A stretch of DNA of 57,855 nucleotides from Thermoplasmata archaeon (GCA_030040865.1 JASHSX010000082.1:1-57855), one strand, 5' to 3'; counted from the stretch's first letter, positions 16,877-26,214 are shown. Notes: generated by a model from the sequence alone, not told the origin. Numbers and translations: made by a program.

Positions 16877-18187
16877 ATGGGTCTCTACGTCCCCGCGCTG
16901 GCCGTCTTCGCCGGCACGTTCGTCGCCCTGATCGCCCGGCAGCTATCGGGACGAGGGCCCCGACCTTGGATGGCGCTGGGGGCCGGCGGACTCGCGATGA
17001 TCGCGGTCGGCGGACTCTCCCCGGTCGGCGCGGTGCAAGTACTGCTCTCGAACGGGCCGATCTTTCTCCTGCTCGCCGCGCTGTTCGTCTTCGTCGCCGC
17101 GCTCGATCTGAACGGGAGCTTCGAGCACCTCGCGCGCTGGATCGTCGGGAGAGCCCGCCGGATCGAGGATCTCCCGTTCCTGCTGTTCGTGGGGTTCGGG
17201 CTCGTTTCGGCGCTGCTCGTCAACGACGCGCTGGTCCTCGTCGGCGTACCCGTGATCCTCGCGGTGGCCCGCCGTCAGGGAATCCCGCCCGTCCCGCTCC
17301 TCCTCGTGCTCGCCTACGCGGTGACGGTCGGTAGCGTCCTCACGCCGTTCGCGAATCCTCAGAACCTGCTCGTCGCGCTCGACAGCGGCATGCCGCAGCC
17401 GATCACGACCTTCCTGCGGTACCTCCTCCTCCCTACGGTGGCCAGTCTCTTGCTCGGGGGTCTGTATCTTCGGTGGGCGATGCGCCGGGAGCTCCGGCCG
17501 TCGGGGACGCCCGTTGCGCCGGTCCCCCGTGTGCCTCTCTTCCCGAGCGGGGACTGGGCCGCGCGCATCCGCCGGGCCCCCTCGGTCGTCGTCTTTCCGG
17601 CCGTCCTGATCGCGCTGGTCGGATCCGAGCTTCTGACCGGGCTCACCGGCGTACCCTCCGTCCCGATCCAGGACGTCGCTCTCGCGGGCGCGGCCATCGT
17701 CCTCGTCGTCTCCTCCGCCCGGGTCCGGATCGTCCGCCGGGTTGACTGGACGATCCTCCTCCTGTTCGCCGGACTGTTCGTCGTGGTCGCCGGGGGCGTG
17801 GCGGGCGGCCTCCTGGGAGGGCTATCGGCCGTCCTCCCGATCGCCGGACCGGGCGCCGCCTCGCTCCCCGGGCTCGGCTCCGTCACGCTCGCGAGTCTGC
17901 TCGGTCCGCAGCTCGTCTCGAACGTCCCGTTCGTCGCGATCGAGATCCCCCTCCTCCACGGACTCGGCTACGGTGCCGGATCGACGACGACCTGGCTCGC
18001 GCTGGCGGGAGCGAGCACGCTGGCCGGGAACATCACCCTCCTGGGCGCGGCGAGCAATCTCATCCTGGTCGAGCGGGCCGAGTCGCTCGGAGTCCGGGTC
18101 CGACTCGCGTCGTTCGTACGCTACGGACTCCCCCTGACCGCGATCGCGGCCACCCTGCTGTTCGTGTGCCTTTGGCTGGGCGCGTGA
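16877..18187 (+). CDS. ArsB/NhaD (CitMHS-like) superfamily ion transporter permease
   Basis: ATG 16877. About 11-12 hydrophobic segments. LTPFANPQNLLVA resembles the conserved hairpin motif of this superfamily. Confidence 0.5.
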   Translation: MGLYVPALAVFAGTFVALIARQLSGRGPRPWMALGAGGLAMIAVGGLSPVGAVQVLLSNGPIFLLLAALFVFVAALDLNGSFEHLARWIVGRARRIEDLPFLLFVGFGLVSALLVNDALVLVGVPVILAVARRQGIPPVPLLLVLAYAVTVGSVLTPFANPQNLLVALDSGMPQPITTFLRYLLLPTVASLLLGGLYLRWAMRRELRPSGTPVAPVPRVPLFPSGDWAARIRRAPSVVVFPAVLIALVGSELLTGLTGVPSVPIQDVALAGAAIVLVVSSARVRIVRRVDWTILLLFAGLFVVVAGGVAGGLLGGLSAVLPIAGPGAASLPGLGSVTLASLLGPQLVSNVPFVAIEIPLLHGLGYGAGSTTTWLALAGASTLAGNITLLGAASNLILVERAESLGVRVRLASFVRYGLPLTAIAATLLFVCLWLGA

Positions 18188-18287
18188 AACGAAAACACCA
18201 CGGCCGTACCGGGTCGGAGTCGACCCCGTCGGGCAAAGCCCGTCGAGCGGCCGAGGGCTTATGCGGGCGCCCCCGTTCGAACTCCCC

Positions 18288-18731
18288 ATGCCACCCACCC
18301 GCCCACCCCTCGAGTTTGCCCGCCTCCGGATCCTGGTCGACGACTTCGCGCGATCCTGGACGTTCTATCGGGACGTCCTGGGGCTCACGCCGGTGAAGGG
18401 TCACGGCGAACCCCCCTACGGAGAGTTCGTCTCGGGGGCCGGCGCGATGGTCTCCCTCTTCGACCGTCGCCGCATGGCGGACGCGCTGGGGCCGGCCGGG
18501 CCGGCGATCGACGTACCGGTCTCGGACCGGTCCCTCCTCGTGTTCGAGACCCCCGACGTGGACGAGTTCTACCGGCGTCTTGTCGCGGACCGGGTTCCGA
18601 TCGTCGCCGGACCGACCGACCGGCCGGACTGGCAGCTCCGGACGCTGCACTTGCGAGACCCCGACGGGTATCTCATCGAGATCTACTCCGGGCTCAGCTC
18701 CGTGCCGTCGCCCCGATCCTCCGGAGGCTAG
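18288..18731 (+). CDS. VOC/glyoxalase family protein
   Basis: ATG 18288 is preferred; ATG 18261 lies inside the CTTATG A/T element about 28 nt upstream. The pattern LRILVDDFARSWTFYRDVLGL...LHLRDPDGYLIEIY is typical of the VOC fold. Confidence 0.65.
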   Translation: MPPTRPPLEFARLRILVDDFARSWTFYRDVLGLTPVKGHGEPPYGEFVSGAGAMVSLFDRRRMADALGPAGPAIDVPVSDRSLLVFETPDVDEFYRRLVADRVPIVAGPTDRPDWQLRTLHLRDPDGYLIEIYSGLSSVPSPRSSGG

Positions 18732-18799
18732 AACCGGCGGTCGGTCCCCGGCGGCCGTCGTCCGCGTCCGCTCTGGAAGTCGACAGAAGTTGGGACGGA

Positions 18800-18873
18800 T
18801 GCGGGCACCGGGATTTGAACCCGGGTTATAGGCTTGGCAAGCCTATGTGATAACCAGACTACACTATGCCCGC
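18800..18873 (-). tRNA. tRNA-Gly (anticodon GCC), no encoded CCA, no intron
   Basis: The reverse complement reads GCGGGCATAGTGTAGTCTGGTTATCACATAGGCTTGCCAAGCCTATAACCCGGGTTCAAATCCCGGTGCCCGCA. It has a 7-bp acceptor stem GCGGGCA/TGCCCGC, anticodon stem TAGGC/GCCTA with loop TTGCCAA, and T arm CCGGG-TTCAAAT-CCCGG. Confidence 0.9.
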
Positions 18874-18897
18874 AACGGCGGGGGCCATCCGCTCCTC

Positions 18898-18905
18898 TAT
18901 CTAAA
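18898..18905 (-). promoter_or_regulatory. TATA box of the tRNA-Gly promoter
   Basis: TTTAGATA on the tRNA strand is centred about 28 nt upstream of the mature 5' end (18873). Confidence 0.55.
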
Positions 18906-18982
18906 GCCAGCAGGGGCGGCGGCGGCGGACCGCGGAGCCCGGCGCAATCCTCGTGTAGCGACCCCGCGTACGGTGGGGTCCG

Positions 18983-19714
18983 ATGCACTCTCGTTCCCCC
19001 GGACCGCCGGGCTACGGTGGGATCCTGTTCGACCTGTTCGGCACCCTGATCCCCACGGGCGCTCAATCGCAGCGGATCCGCGGCCTTCGTGAGATGGGGG
19101 AGCTCTTGGGCGTCGATCCGGAGACGTTCGCGCAACGGTGGCTCGCCTGTTTCGACGACCGGGTCCGGGGAACGATGGGCTCGATCGAGGAGACGGTCGG
19201 GCAGCTCTCGCGGACGTTGGGGGGACGGTCCGACCCGGCGACGGTCGCCCGTGCGGTGAGGATCCGGCTCGACTTCACGAGGAGGCTCCTCCGGTCGAAC
19301 GACTCCGTGCTCTCGGCCCTCGACGCGCTCCGAAACGATGGGGTCCGGCTCGCGCTCGTGAGCGACACCTCGGACGAGACGGTCCGCGTTTGGCCCGAGA
19401 CACCCCTCGCGTCCCGGTTCGGGGTGACAGTGTTCTCCTGCATCGAGGGGATCCGCAAGCCCGACCCACGGATGTACTACCGCGCGCTCGAGCTCCTCGG
19501 TCTTCCCGCCGCCGCGTGCGCGTACGTCGGCGATGGCGGCAGCCACGAGCTCTCCGGCGCCCGGGCCGTGGGGCTCTTCCCGTTCCAGTTTCGGTTTCCC
19601 GGCGAGTCCGACGACGTGGCGTACCGCGTCGACTTCGACGCCGACTGGTCGGGGCCCCGCATCGTCGATCTCTCCGAACTCCGCCGGGGGCCCGGTCGCG
19701 GTACGAGCGGGTGA
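18983..19714 (+). CDS. HAD superfamily hydrolase
   Basis: ATG 18983. Motif I FDLFGTL, LVSDTS (motif II region), and YVGDGGSHEL (motif IV region). Confidence 0.6.
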   Translation: MHSRSPGPPGYGGILFDLFGTLIPTGAQSQRIRGLREMGELLGVDPETFAQRWLACFDDRVRGTMGSIEETVGQLSRTLGGRSDPATVARAVRIRLDFTRRLLRSNDSVLSALDALRNDGVRLALVSDTSDETVRVWPETPLASRFGVTVFSCIEGIRKPDPRMYYRALELLGLPAAACAYVGDGGSHELSGARAVGLFPFQFRFPGESDDVAYRVDFDADWSGPRIVDLSELRRGPGRGTSG

Positions 19715-19837
19715 AGGGGCGTGGAGCGTCCGCTGGACGCACGCGCCGAACCGGGCGACCCGCGCCCTGTCGACCGGCGGAAGGCGCCGAAGTATTACGG
19801 GGAAGGTACCGTCGCTGCGGTCGCCTCGGGGACCGTG

Positions 19838-20608
19838 ATGGACGACCGATGGAGGGAGGGCGAGACCGGAGCCCTGCGGCGTCCGGGCCGACCCCCACTC
19901 CTGGTTCGGGTCGTCCGGGGCCCGCAGCCGATCGGCGAGGAGGGCGTGATCGACCTCGGAGCCGAGATCGACCAGCCCGTCGGCCGCTCGGTCGCCTGGT
20001 CCGGGACGGACTGCGTCCTGCTGCGCCCGAACCTCTCGGACCTCCTGTCGACGGTGCGCCGCGGTCCCCAGATCGTGACGCCGAAGGACGCCGGCCCGCT
20101 GCTCTTCCTGGCCGGGATCGGTCCGGGCCATCGAGTCGCCGAGGCGGGGTCCGGCAGCGGCGCGCTCACGATCGTGCTCGCGTACGCCGTCGGTCCGAGC
20201 GGCCACGTCACGTCGTTCGACCGTCGAGCCGAGTTCCTCGCGGCGGCCCGCGCGAACGTCACGCGCGCCGGGCTCGCCGACCGCGTCACGTTCCGAGAGC
20301 GTGACGTGGCGGCCGACGGGATCGACGTGGGAGAGCTGGCGAGCATCGTGCTCGACCTTCCCGAGCCGTGGGAGGTCCTGGCGACGGCGAAGCGCGCTCT
20401 CGTTCCCGGCGGCTCTGTCGCGACCTACACGCCGACGTACAATCAGCTCGAGCGAACGGTGCGCAGCCTCCGTTCGCACGGCTTCGAGGACGTCCGGGCC
20501 GTGGAGCTCCTCGAACGGGCCCTGCATGTGGGCGACGGTGGCACCCGACCCGAGTTCGACATGCTGGGGCACACCGGATTTCTCGCCGGAGGGAGGAAGG
20601 TCGCGTGA
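19838..20608 (+). CDS. trmI: tRNA (adenine-N1)-methyltransferase TrmI/Gcd14 family
   Basis: ATG 19838 (GTG 19835 is an alternative), internal to track ORF 19721-20608. IVTPKDAG...VAEAGSGSGALT SAM-binding motif and VLDLPEPW, typical of TrmI. Confidence 0.75.
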   Translation: MDDRWREGETGALRRPGRPPLLVRVVRGPQPIGEEGVIDLGAEIDQPVGRSVAWSGTDCVLLRPNLSDLLSTVRRGPQIVTPKDAGPLLFLAGIGPGHRVAEAGSGSGALTIVLAYAVGPSGHVTSFDRRAEFLAAARANVTRAGLADRVTFRERDVAADGIDVGELASIVLDLPEPWEVLATAKRALVPGGSVATYTPTYNQLERTVRSLRSHGFEDVRAVELLERALHVGDGGTRPEFDMLGHTGFLAGGRKVA

Positions 20609-21381
20609 CGACGTTCGCCCCGGACCTTCCCCTCTCGCTCGGCGCCCTCGTCGGCATCCTGCTCTCCGGGGGGTTCGTCTGGCTGGAGGTCGGACGGTAC
20701 GCCGCCCCCCAGGTCCCCGCGTCGCTGTTCGACGAACGGCGGGAGCTGTTCGCGTACACGGCCGGGCTGTTCGTGGGCGTGCCCCTCGCGATCGTCTTCG
20801 TGCTGTTCGTCGACGCGATGGAAGGGGCCGCCCTGATCGGTGGCCTCATCTTCCTCGCGGTGCTGGTCGTGGCGACCGAGGCGGCGCAGGCCCTCCTGCT
20901 CCGCACCCGGTACTGGGGGCGGGGCGAGAGCACCCCGTTCTACGCGCTCGGGTACCGGGCGTCGATCGGAGGGATCATGGTGCTGGCCCTCGTCTCCCAG
21001 TACTTCGCGAGCTCGGTCACGATCACCTGGGACGGTATCGCGCTCGTCCTGCTCCAGTCGGCGGCCGTCGTGCTGCTGGAGGTCGCGGGGGCCCTGATGT
21101 CGGTCCGGGCCGCCCCCGGCGAACGGCGCTCCCGCGGGGGGCCGGTCTCGGGTGGGGTCTTCGGGGTTGTCGGCTTCTTCCTGCTCGGGCTCGGGGCCCT
21201 CTCGGGCGAGGCCGGGGCGTTCCTCGGCGCCGCCCTCGCCCTGCTCGGCTCGTACTTCGTCTACCAGCGCCTCCGGCCCCTGCTCGCCGCGATCCCCTCC
21301 CCGGAGGCGGCCCCGCCCCTCGCCCGCACGGATGCGACCGCCGCGTTCGGTCGGCTCCCGGGCTCGGAGCCGAAAAAGTAG
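20605..21381 (+). CDS. polytopic membrane protein, unknown function
   Basis: GTG 20605 overlaps the trmI stop (GTGA). About seven hydrophobic segments. No His or other protease motif recognised. Confidence 0.6.
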   Translation: MTTFAPDLPLSLGALVGILLSGGFVWLEVGRYAAPQVPASLFDERRELFAYTAGLFVGVPLAIVFVLFVDAMEGAALIGGLIFLAVLVVATEAAQALLLRTRYWGRGESTPFYALGYRASIGGIMVLALVSQYFASSVTITWDGIALVLLQSAAVVLLEVAGALMSVRAAPGERRSRGGPVSGGVFGVVGFFLLGLGALSGEAGAFLGAALALLGSYFVYQRLRPLLAAIPSPEAAPPLARTDATAAFGRLPGSEPKK

Positions 21382-21414
21382 CCGAGCCCCCGCGCGGGCG
21401 CGACGCGAATACGC

Positions 21415-21421
21415 TCTTAAG
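21415..21421 (+). promoter_or_regulatory. TATA-like box for ORF 21445-21870
   Basis: TCTTAAG is centred about 27 nt upstream of ATG 21445. Confidence 0.35.
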
Positions 21422-21444
21422 GCGACCCGCTTCCCGCCGAGGGC

Positions 21445-21870
21445 ATGGCCTCGGCCGAAGCGAAGCCCCCGTTCAGCAGCCGGCTGAGGCACGGCTTCCG
21501 GACGTACCGGGCGTGGCTCGCCGCCTTCGTCTTCGCGGTGGGGGTGCTGCTGAGCGTGCTCGCGCTCGGCTACTTCACGCCGCTCGCGAACTCGCTGCCG
21601 TTCTCGGTGATCAACCAGTCGACCAACACGCCCAACGCGAACTACAACCTCGCGTTCGTGGTCCTCGGCCCGATCGTGTCGATCTTCGGGGCGTGGATGG
21701 TCGGCTCGTACCTGGTGGCTCGACGGAAGTTCGAGCATCTCATGGTGACCAAGAGCAAGGCCGAGTTCCTCCGGAACATTCCCGAGCTCGAGGACCTCCT
21801 CTGGGAGCTGAAGCCGTCGGACGCGGACCGCTACGAGCGCAAGAAGGCCGAGTTGCGGGTCCGTCGCTGA
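21445..21870 (+). CDS. membrane protein, unknown function (2 TM plus charged C-terminal helix)
   Basis: ATG 21445 with TCTTAAG about 27 nt upstream. Two hydrophobic segments, then KSKAEFLRNIPELEDLLWELK. Confidence 0.55.
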   Translation: MASAEAKPPFSSRLRHGFRTYRAWLAAFVFAVGVLLSVLALGYFTPLANSLPFSVINQSTNTPNANYNLAFVVLGPIVSIFGAWMVGSYLVARRKFEHLMVTKSKAEFLRNIPELEDLLWELKPSDADRYERKKAELRVRR

Positions 21871-21894
21871 GCGGGCGCGTGCCCGCGGGTCGCG

Positions 21895-21901
21895 TTAAGT
21901 A
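21895..21901 (+). promoter_or_regulatory. TATA-like box for ORF 21923-22822
   Basis: TTAAGTA is centred 25 nt upstream of GTG 21923. Confidence 0.4.
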
Positions 21902-21922
21902 GCGCCTCCCGGTGAACGGCCC

Positions 21923-22822
21923 GTGGCGACCGCGGGGGTCGGCGACCGCGTCGAGGGGTTCCGGTTCCGTCGGCTCGAGAAGCCCGAGGAGTTCCGTCAG
22001 GTCGACGAGCTGGTCCGCGCGACCTGGGGCGAGGAGGCCGCGCCCGGCCTCTCCCCGACGCTGCTGCGGGTCCTCCAGGACAACGGGGGCCTCGTGCTCG
22101 GGGCGTTCGCGGACATCTACCTCGCCGGGTTCTCCGTCGGGCTTCTCGGCTGGGACGGGAAGACCCTCTTCCTCCACTCGTACCTGACCGCCGTTCGACC
22201 GGAGTACCAGAACCACCACCTCGGCTTCCGCCTGAAGGCGTTCCAGCGCGACGAGGTGCTGCGGCTCGGTCTCGGGGAGATCCGTTGGGTCTTCGACCCG
22301 CTGCAGAGCCGCAACGCCTGGCTCATGGTCCGTCGCCTGGGTGCGCGCCCCGACCGGTACTATCCGCACTACTTCGGCCAGCTGCCCGACGCGATCAATC
22401 AGGGCCTCGAGACCGATCGGATGCGTGCGGTCTGGCCGCTCTCGGCACCGCGGGTCGAGGAGCGGATGACCGGACGCGGGCCCGACCGCGCCGCCGACGC
22501 GAAATCCCTGGACGGCTCGTTCGCGATCGTGGAGACGGAGACGGGCGAACACGGCCTTCGGGTCCCCACGGCGGTCGCCGAGCCGTCGGGGCCCAAGGCG
22601 CACCTCGAGATCCCGTTCGACCTCGCCCTCGTCCGGCAGCACGAGCCCGGCTCGTTGCGGCGATGGCGCCACGCCGTCCGCGACGCGTTCCGCGCGGCGC
22701 TCGACCTCCGCTACGAGGTCGAAGACTTCGCCGTCGTGACGACGGATCACGAGCGCCGTAGCTTCTACCTGCTCGTGCCGGCCCCGGCGGCCCCGGAACC
22801 GTCCGGGGGCGCCGGCTCGTGA
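21923..22822 (+). CDS. GNAT-like acyltransferase family protein (uncharacterised subfamily)
   Basis: GTG 21923 with TTAAGTA about 25 nt upstream. VRPEYQNHHLGFRLKAFQRDEVLRLG resembles GNAT motif A. Confidence 0.45.
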   Translation: MATAGVGDRVEGFRFRRLEKPEEFRQVDELVRATWGEEAAPGLSPTLLRVLQDNGGLVLGAFADIYLAGFSVGLLGWDGKTLFLHSYLTAVRPEYQNHHLGFRLKAFQRDEVLRLGLGEIRWVFDPLQSRNAWLMVRRLGARPDRYYPHYFGQLPDAINQGLETDRMRAVWPLSAPRVEERMTGRGPDRAADAKSLDGSFAIVETETGEHGLRVPTAVAEPSGPKAHLEIPFDLALVRQHEPGSLRRWRHAVRDAFRAALDLRYEVEDFAVVTTDHERRSFYLLVPAPAAPEPSGGAGS

Positions 22823-22841
22823 CGGTGGCGCCGGGGAAGAC

Positions 22842-22847
22842 TATAAT
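22842..22847 (+). promoter_or_regulatory. TATA-like box for the DUF4129-DUF58 operon
   Basis: TATAAT is centred about 33 nt upstream of ATG 22878. Confidence 0.45.
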
Positions 22848-22877
22848 GGAACTCCCGCCGTCGAAGGGCGAGGGTCG

Positions 22878-23789
22878 ATGCCGGATCGTCCCCGGGCGGG
22901 TGCGCCCACGTTCGTGCTCCTGCTCGTCGTCCTCTGCGCGCTCGCCGTCGGGGCGGCGGCCAGCGCGATCGCGACGGCGGTCCCCGCTTCCTCGACCTCG
23001 AACACTCCGGGCACCCCGTTCTCGCTCTCGGGATCGGTCGTCTCGTACTCCCTGCTCGCGGGCGTCGGTGTGCTGCTGGGCGTCGTGCTCTATCGGCGGC
23101 TGACGGGCCCGACCGTCCCGGTGCCGAACCGCTTCGTGGTGACGTTCCTCATCGTGCTGCTGCTCGCGTCGATCTTCGTGGTCGTCGGGCACCTGGTGGT
23201 GGCCTCGGGCGGACCGGCGGGCGGTTCCGGCTCCGGCGCCGGGACGTCCGCCAACAACTCGACGCACTCCGGCAACGGATCCAACGGCACCGTGAACGCC
23301 ACCGGAACGCCCGTGGGGCCGTTCCACGTCCTGTTCCTGCCGTGGGTCCTCTGGGCCACGGTCGTCGGGCTCGCGGTCGTGCTCGCCGTGATCGCCGTGC
23401 CCCAGACACGCGAGGTCCTTGGCGGGTGGTTCCGTCGAGGGACCCGCACGAGCCCGCCCGCCGCCGCGGCCCGGGGCTCGCTCGAGCGGGCCGTGCGGAG
23501 CGTCGAGGCCGGGGACGATCCACGCTCGGTGATCATCGGGTTGTACGCCGAGCTCCTTCAGCAGCTCGGGAGGATGGTCGGCGACCTCGACCCCGTGACC
23601 CCCGAGGAGATCCGTGCCCAGCACCTGATCCGACTCGGCATCCTCCCGGCCACGGCCGAGGCGCTGACCCGTCTGTTCGAGGAGGCGAAGTACTCGAGCC
23701 ACCCGATGGACGCCGCCGCTGCCCAGCGGGCGGTCCGGGTGATGCGCGCGGCCGAGTCCGATTTGGACCGGAGCTCCGGCGTCGCATGA
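22878..23789 (+). CDS. membrane protein with C-terminal DUF4129-like domain
   Basis: ATG 22878. Four hydrophobic segments. The C-terminal region IRAQHLIRLGILPATAEALTRLFEEAKYSSHP is typical of DUF4129 proteins found next to DUF58/MoxR genes. Confidence 0.55.
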   Translation: MPDRPRAGAPTFVLLLVVLCALAVGAAASAIATAVPASSTSNTPGTPFSLSGSVVSYSLLAGVGVLLGVVLYRRLTGPTVPVPNRFVVTFLIVLLLASIFVVVGHLVVASGGPAGGSGSGAGTSANNSTHSGNGSNGTVNATGTPVGPFHVLFLPWVLWATVVGLAVVLAVIAVPQTREVLGGWFRRGTRTSPPAAAARGSLERAVRSVEAGDDPRSVIIGLYAELLQQLGRMVGDLDPVTPEEIRAQHLIRLGILPATAEALTRLFEEAKYSSHPMDAAAAQRAVRVMRAAESDLDRSSGVA

Positions 23790-24193
23790 GGGCACCGTTC
23801 GGTTGGTGGGCGCCGGCGGTCGCCGTCGTCGCCGCCGGCGTCGCCGTCTGGGCCGGCGACCACCTTGAACTGTCGATCCCGGCGAGCCTGGTCGCCGTGG
23901 CGGCGGCCGGGTTCCTGCTCGCCGACGCGGCCGCGCGGAGTCGCGCCGGTCGGGTCCTACCGCGGACCGACCGGGCCCCGGGGGCGTCGGAGAACCTTCG
24001 AGCGGCGTTCCGTTCGGGTCGCTACGGCCGCGAGCAGGTCCTCGCGACGCTCGACCGGGTCGAGCGGCACCTGCGACCGCCCGGCCCCGATGCCCGCCCG
24101 CTCGAACAGATCGAGCGGATCGTCGGCGGCACCGACGCGGAGTTCCGGGCGTACGTCGCCGCGCGCCTCGCCGCCATCGAGCGGGACCTATGA
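23786..24193 (+). CDS. small membrane protein (2 TM), unknown function
   Basis: ATG 23786 overlaps the preceding stop (ATGA). This is the C-terminal part of track ORF 23342-24193. Confidence 0.55.
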   Translation: MRAPFGWWAPAVAVVAAGVAVWAGDHLELSIPASLVAVAAAGFLLADAAARSRAGRVLPRTDRAPGASENLRAAFRSGRYGREQVLATLDRVERHLRPPGPDARPLEQIERIVGGTDAEFRAYVAARLAAIERDL

Positions 24194-25482
24194 CGCTCCG
24201 CGGGGGCCGGGGAGAGCTCGCCTGGACACCGCGCACGTTCCTGTTCCTGGGCGCCGGCGCGGGTCTGCTCGTCCTTGCGGTCGCGCTGCGCGACCCGGTT
24301 CCCCTGTTCCTCGGCCTCCCGCTCCTGGTCGCCCCAGCGGCCGCAGCGCTCTCCGCACCCCGCGCGGACCCCCGGGTCGGGTTCGCCTGGCGGGAGGAAG
24401 GCGACGGCGGCGACGTTCGCGTGACCGGGGCGATCACCCCGGGGTCCGGGACGCTCGCCGAGGACCTCGTCGTCGGCATCCGCCGGCCGCCTTCCCTGCA
24501 GGCGAACTCCCCGGAGCTCGCCCAGCCGACCTCGGGCGTGGTCCGCCTGGGGTGCGAGTGGGTCGCCACGGAGCCGACGATCGCCGTGGTCCCTCCCCCG
24601 AGCGTGGTCTGGCGCGATCCCGCCGGGTTCGTGGAGCGGAACGTACGGGGCGTCGACGGTGAGCTCGTGATCGTCCGCTACCCGCCGGAGCTGACCCGCC
24701 TCGGAGCCTTGCACTTCGACCGGACGACCGTGCTCCCCGGCGAGACCCGCTCGCGCCGGCTCGGGGCGAACGGAGAGTTCTTCGGGCTGCGCCTCGCGGT
24801 TCCGTCCGACCCGCCGCGCCGGATCAACTGGAAGGCGAGCGCCCGGGCCGGCCGGCTGCTCGCGAACGACTACGCGCTCGAACGGACCGGCGACGCGGTC
24901 CTCCTCCTCGACGCCCGGGCGACCGAGCTCGGCCCCGAGATCGACGAACGGCTCCTCTCGATCGCCCGGGCCGCGACGCAGGGGATCGCCGAGGCGCTCC
25001 TCCGGTCCAAGGCCCGCGTCGGGGTGGGGATCTTCGGCGAGTTCCTCCAGCCGGTCCCCCTCGCCATGGGCAGCACCCACCGCCTGCGGATCCGCTCGGC
25101 GCTCGCGGCGGCCCGGCTCTCGACGCAGCCCGGCCCCCCGGAACGGTGCGCCATCGCGATGCGCCGGTACTTCCCACCGGGCGTCACGGTGATCCTCGTC
25201 TCCTCGCTCGCCGGGGACGCGTCGGGCTCCCTGGTCCCGTACCTCCGCTACCGGGGCTTCCCGCTGCTGGTCCTGAGCCCGTCCCCGGTGCCCTTCTTGC
25301 GGACCACGGTCCCGCTCGAACCGGCGGACGACGCGCTCGCCAACCGTCTGATCGCGCTCGACCGCCGCGCACAGCTCGCGCGCGCGTGGAACGATGCCCC
25401 GGTCGTCGACTGGTCGGAGTTCGGGTCGCTCGGGGCGTTCGTGGAGTTCGTGCGACGACCCGCCCATCGGAGGGTGGCGTGA
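24190..25482 (+). CDS. DUF58 (vWA-like) domain protein
   Basis: ATG 24190 overlaps the preceding stop (ATGA). Two N-terminal TM segments. RRINWKASARAGRLLANDYALERTGDAVLLLD is the hallmark DUF58 segment. Confidence 0.75.
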   Translation: MTLRGGRGELAWTPRTFLFLGAGAGLLVLAVALRDPVPLFLGLPLLVAPAAAALSAPRADPRVGFAWREEGDGGDVRVTGAITPGSGTLAEDLVVGIRRPPSLQANSPELAQPTSGVVRLGCEWVATEPTIAVVPPPSVVWRDPAGFVERNVRGVDGELVIVRYPPELTRLGALHFDRTTVLPGETRSRRLGANGEFFGLRLAVPSDPPRRINWKASARAGRLLANDYALERTGDAVLLLDARATELGPEIDERLLSIARAATQGIAEALLRSKARVGVGIFGEFLQPVPLAMGSTHRLRIRSALAAARLSTQPGPPERCAIAMRRYFPPGVTVILVSSLAGDASGSLVPYLRYRGFPLLVLSPSPVPFLRTTVPLEPADDALANRLIALDRRAQLARAWNDAPVVDWSEFGSLGAFVEFVRRPAHRRVA

Positions 25483-26003
25483 CATCGATCGGGCGACGCC
25501 TCGGTCCCGCAGGTCTCGTCGGTTCGGCCGCCGTCGCGGTGCTGCTCGGCTACGAGAGTTCGCTCTCGCCGCCCGTCGGGGTGGCGATCGCTGCCGCGGG
25601 GGTGGTCGCCACTGCGGCGATGCGGTTCGGGCGGAGTCCGGGGGTCCGGGAGCTCGCGATCGGCCCGATGCTGGTCGCACTCGCCGTCGTCACGATCACG
25701 GCGCCGCTCTCGGCACTCTCCGAACTGTGGGCCGGCCTCGGCGGCGTCGTCGCGATCGTCTGGCTCGTCGACGATCCCGACCGCGCGCCCGGGGGAATCA
25801 CGCGGGGCGCGACGACGATCGCGATCCCGGCGCTCGCGGTCGGGATCGCCTGGTCGAGCGCGCTGCTCCTTCCCGGAGGGACGCTCACGTTCGGCATCAC
25901 CGCGGCCCTGCTGGTCCTCGTGCTCGCCGGGGTCGCGGTGCTCCTCGGTCGGCCCGACCTGTTCGACCGGGACGAGGTAACCTCTTACGGGGACCGAGAG
26001 TAG
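25479..26003 (+). CDS. polytopic membrane protein (about 5 TM), unknown function
   Basis: GTG 25479 overlaps the DUF58 stop (GTGA). This is the C-terminal part of track ORF 25146-26003. Confidence 0.55.
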   Translation: MTSIGRRLGPAGLVGSAAVAVLLGYESSLSPPVGVAIAAAGVVATAAMRFGRSPGVRELAIGPMLVALAVVTITAPLSALSELWAGLGGVVAIVWLVDDPDRAPGGITRGATTIAIPALAVGIAWSSALLLPGGTLTFGITAALLVLVLAGVAVLLGRPDLFDRDEVTSYGDRE

Positions 26004-26214
26004 CGGGGGCGTCGCGGCCACGCGCCGCGTCCGGGCGCCGACGAAGGGTCCCTCTCGACTCAACGCGGACGGGTCGTCCGCCGAGGATGACGTGAGGACA
26101 ACCCCGGTGTCCGACACCCCCGGCCGGGGTCAGACCGCGGAGAGGGCGAGCGCCTCCGATGAGGCGGATCGTTACGGCCGGGGAACACGGCGCGCGGCCC
26201 GGAGCGGGCGTCCC

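Noticed and set aside
18916-18927. (GGC)4 microsatellite upstream of the tRNA promoter.
   Set aside because: It is very short and is expected by chance in GC-rich intergenic DNA. Similar runs occur elsewhere.
18732-18982. The tRNA-Gly locus as a possible integration site for a mobile element.
   Set aside because: There is no integrase or recombinase nearby. By eye there is no second copy of the tRNA 3' half (att-like repeat) in the window. The flanking genes (VOC, HAD, TrmI) have native composition.
21871-21886. A perfect hairpin GCGGGC-GCGT-GCCCGC immediately after the stop of ORF 21445-21870, considered as a terminator.
   Set aside because: Archaeal termination typically relies on oligo-T tracts and none follows. 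At this GC content a 6-bp GC stem is not remarkable. It is noted but not called.
18728-24569. Long minus-strand ORFs (18728-20572 at 614 aa, 22395-24569 at 724 aa). Similar ones lie at 49344-51539 and 53006-55129.
   Set aside because: They run antisense to genes with clear motifs (HAD/TrmI, the DUF4129-DUF58 module, NiCoT, argH). Their composition is extremely Arg/Gly/Pro-rich and they run straight across a tRNA or across intergenic promoters.
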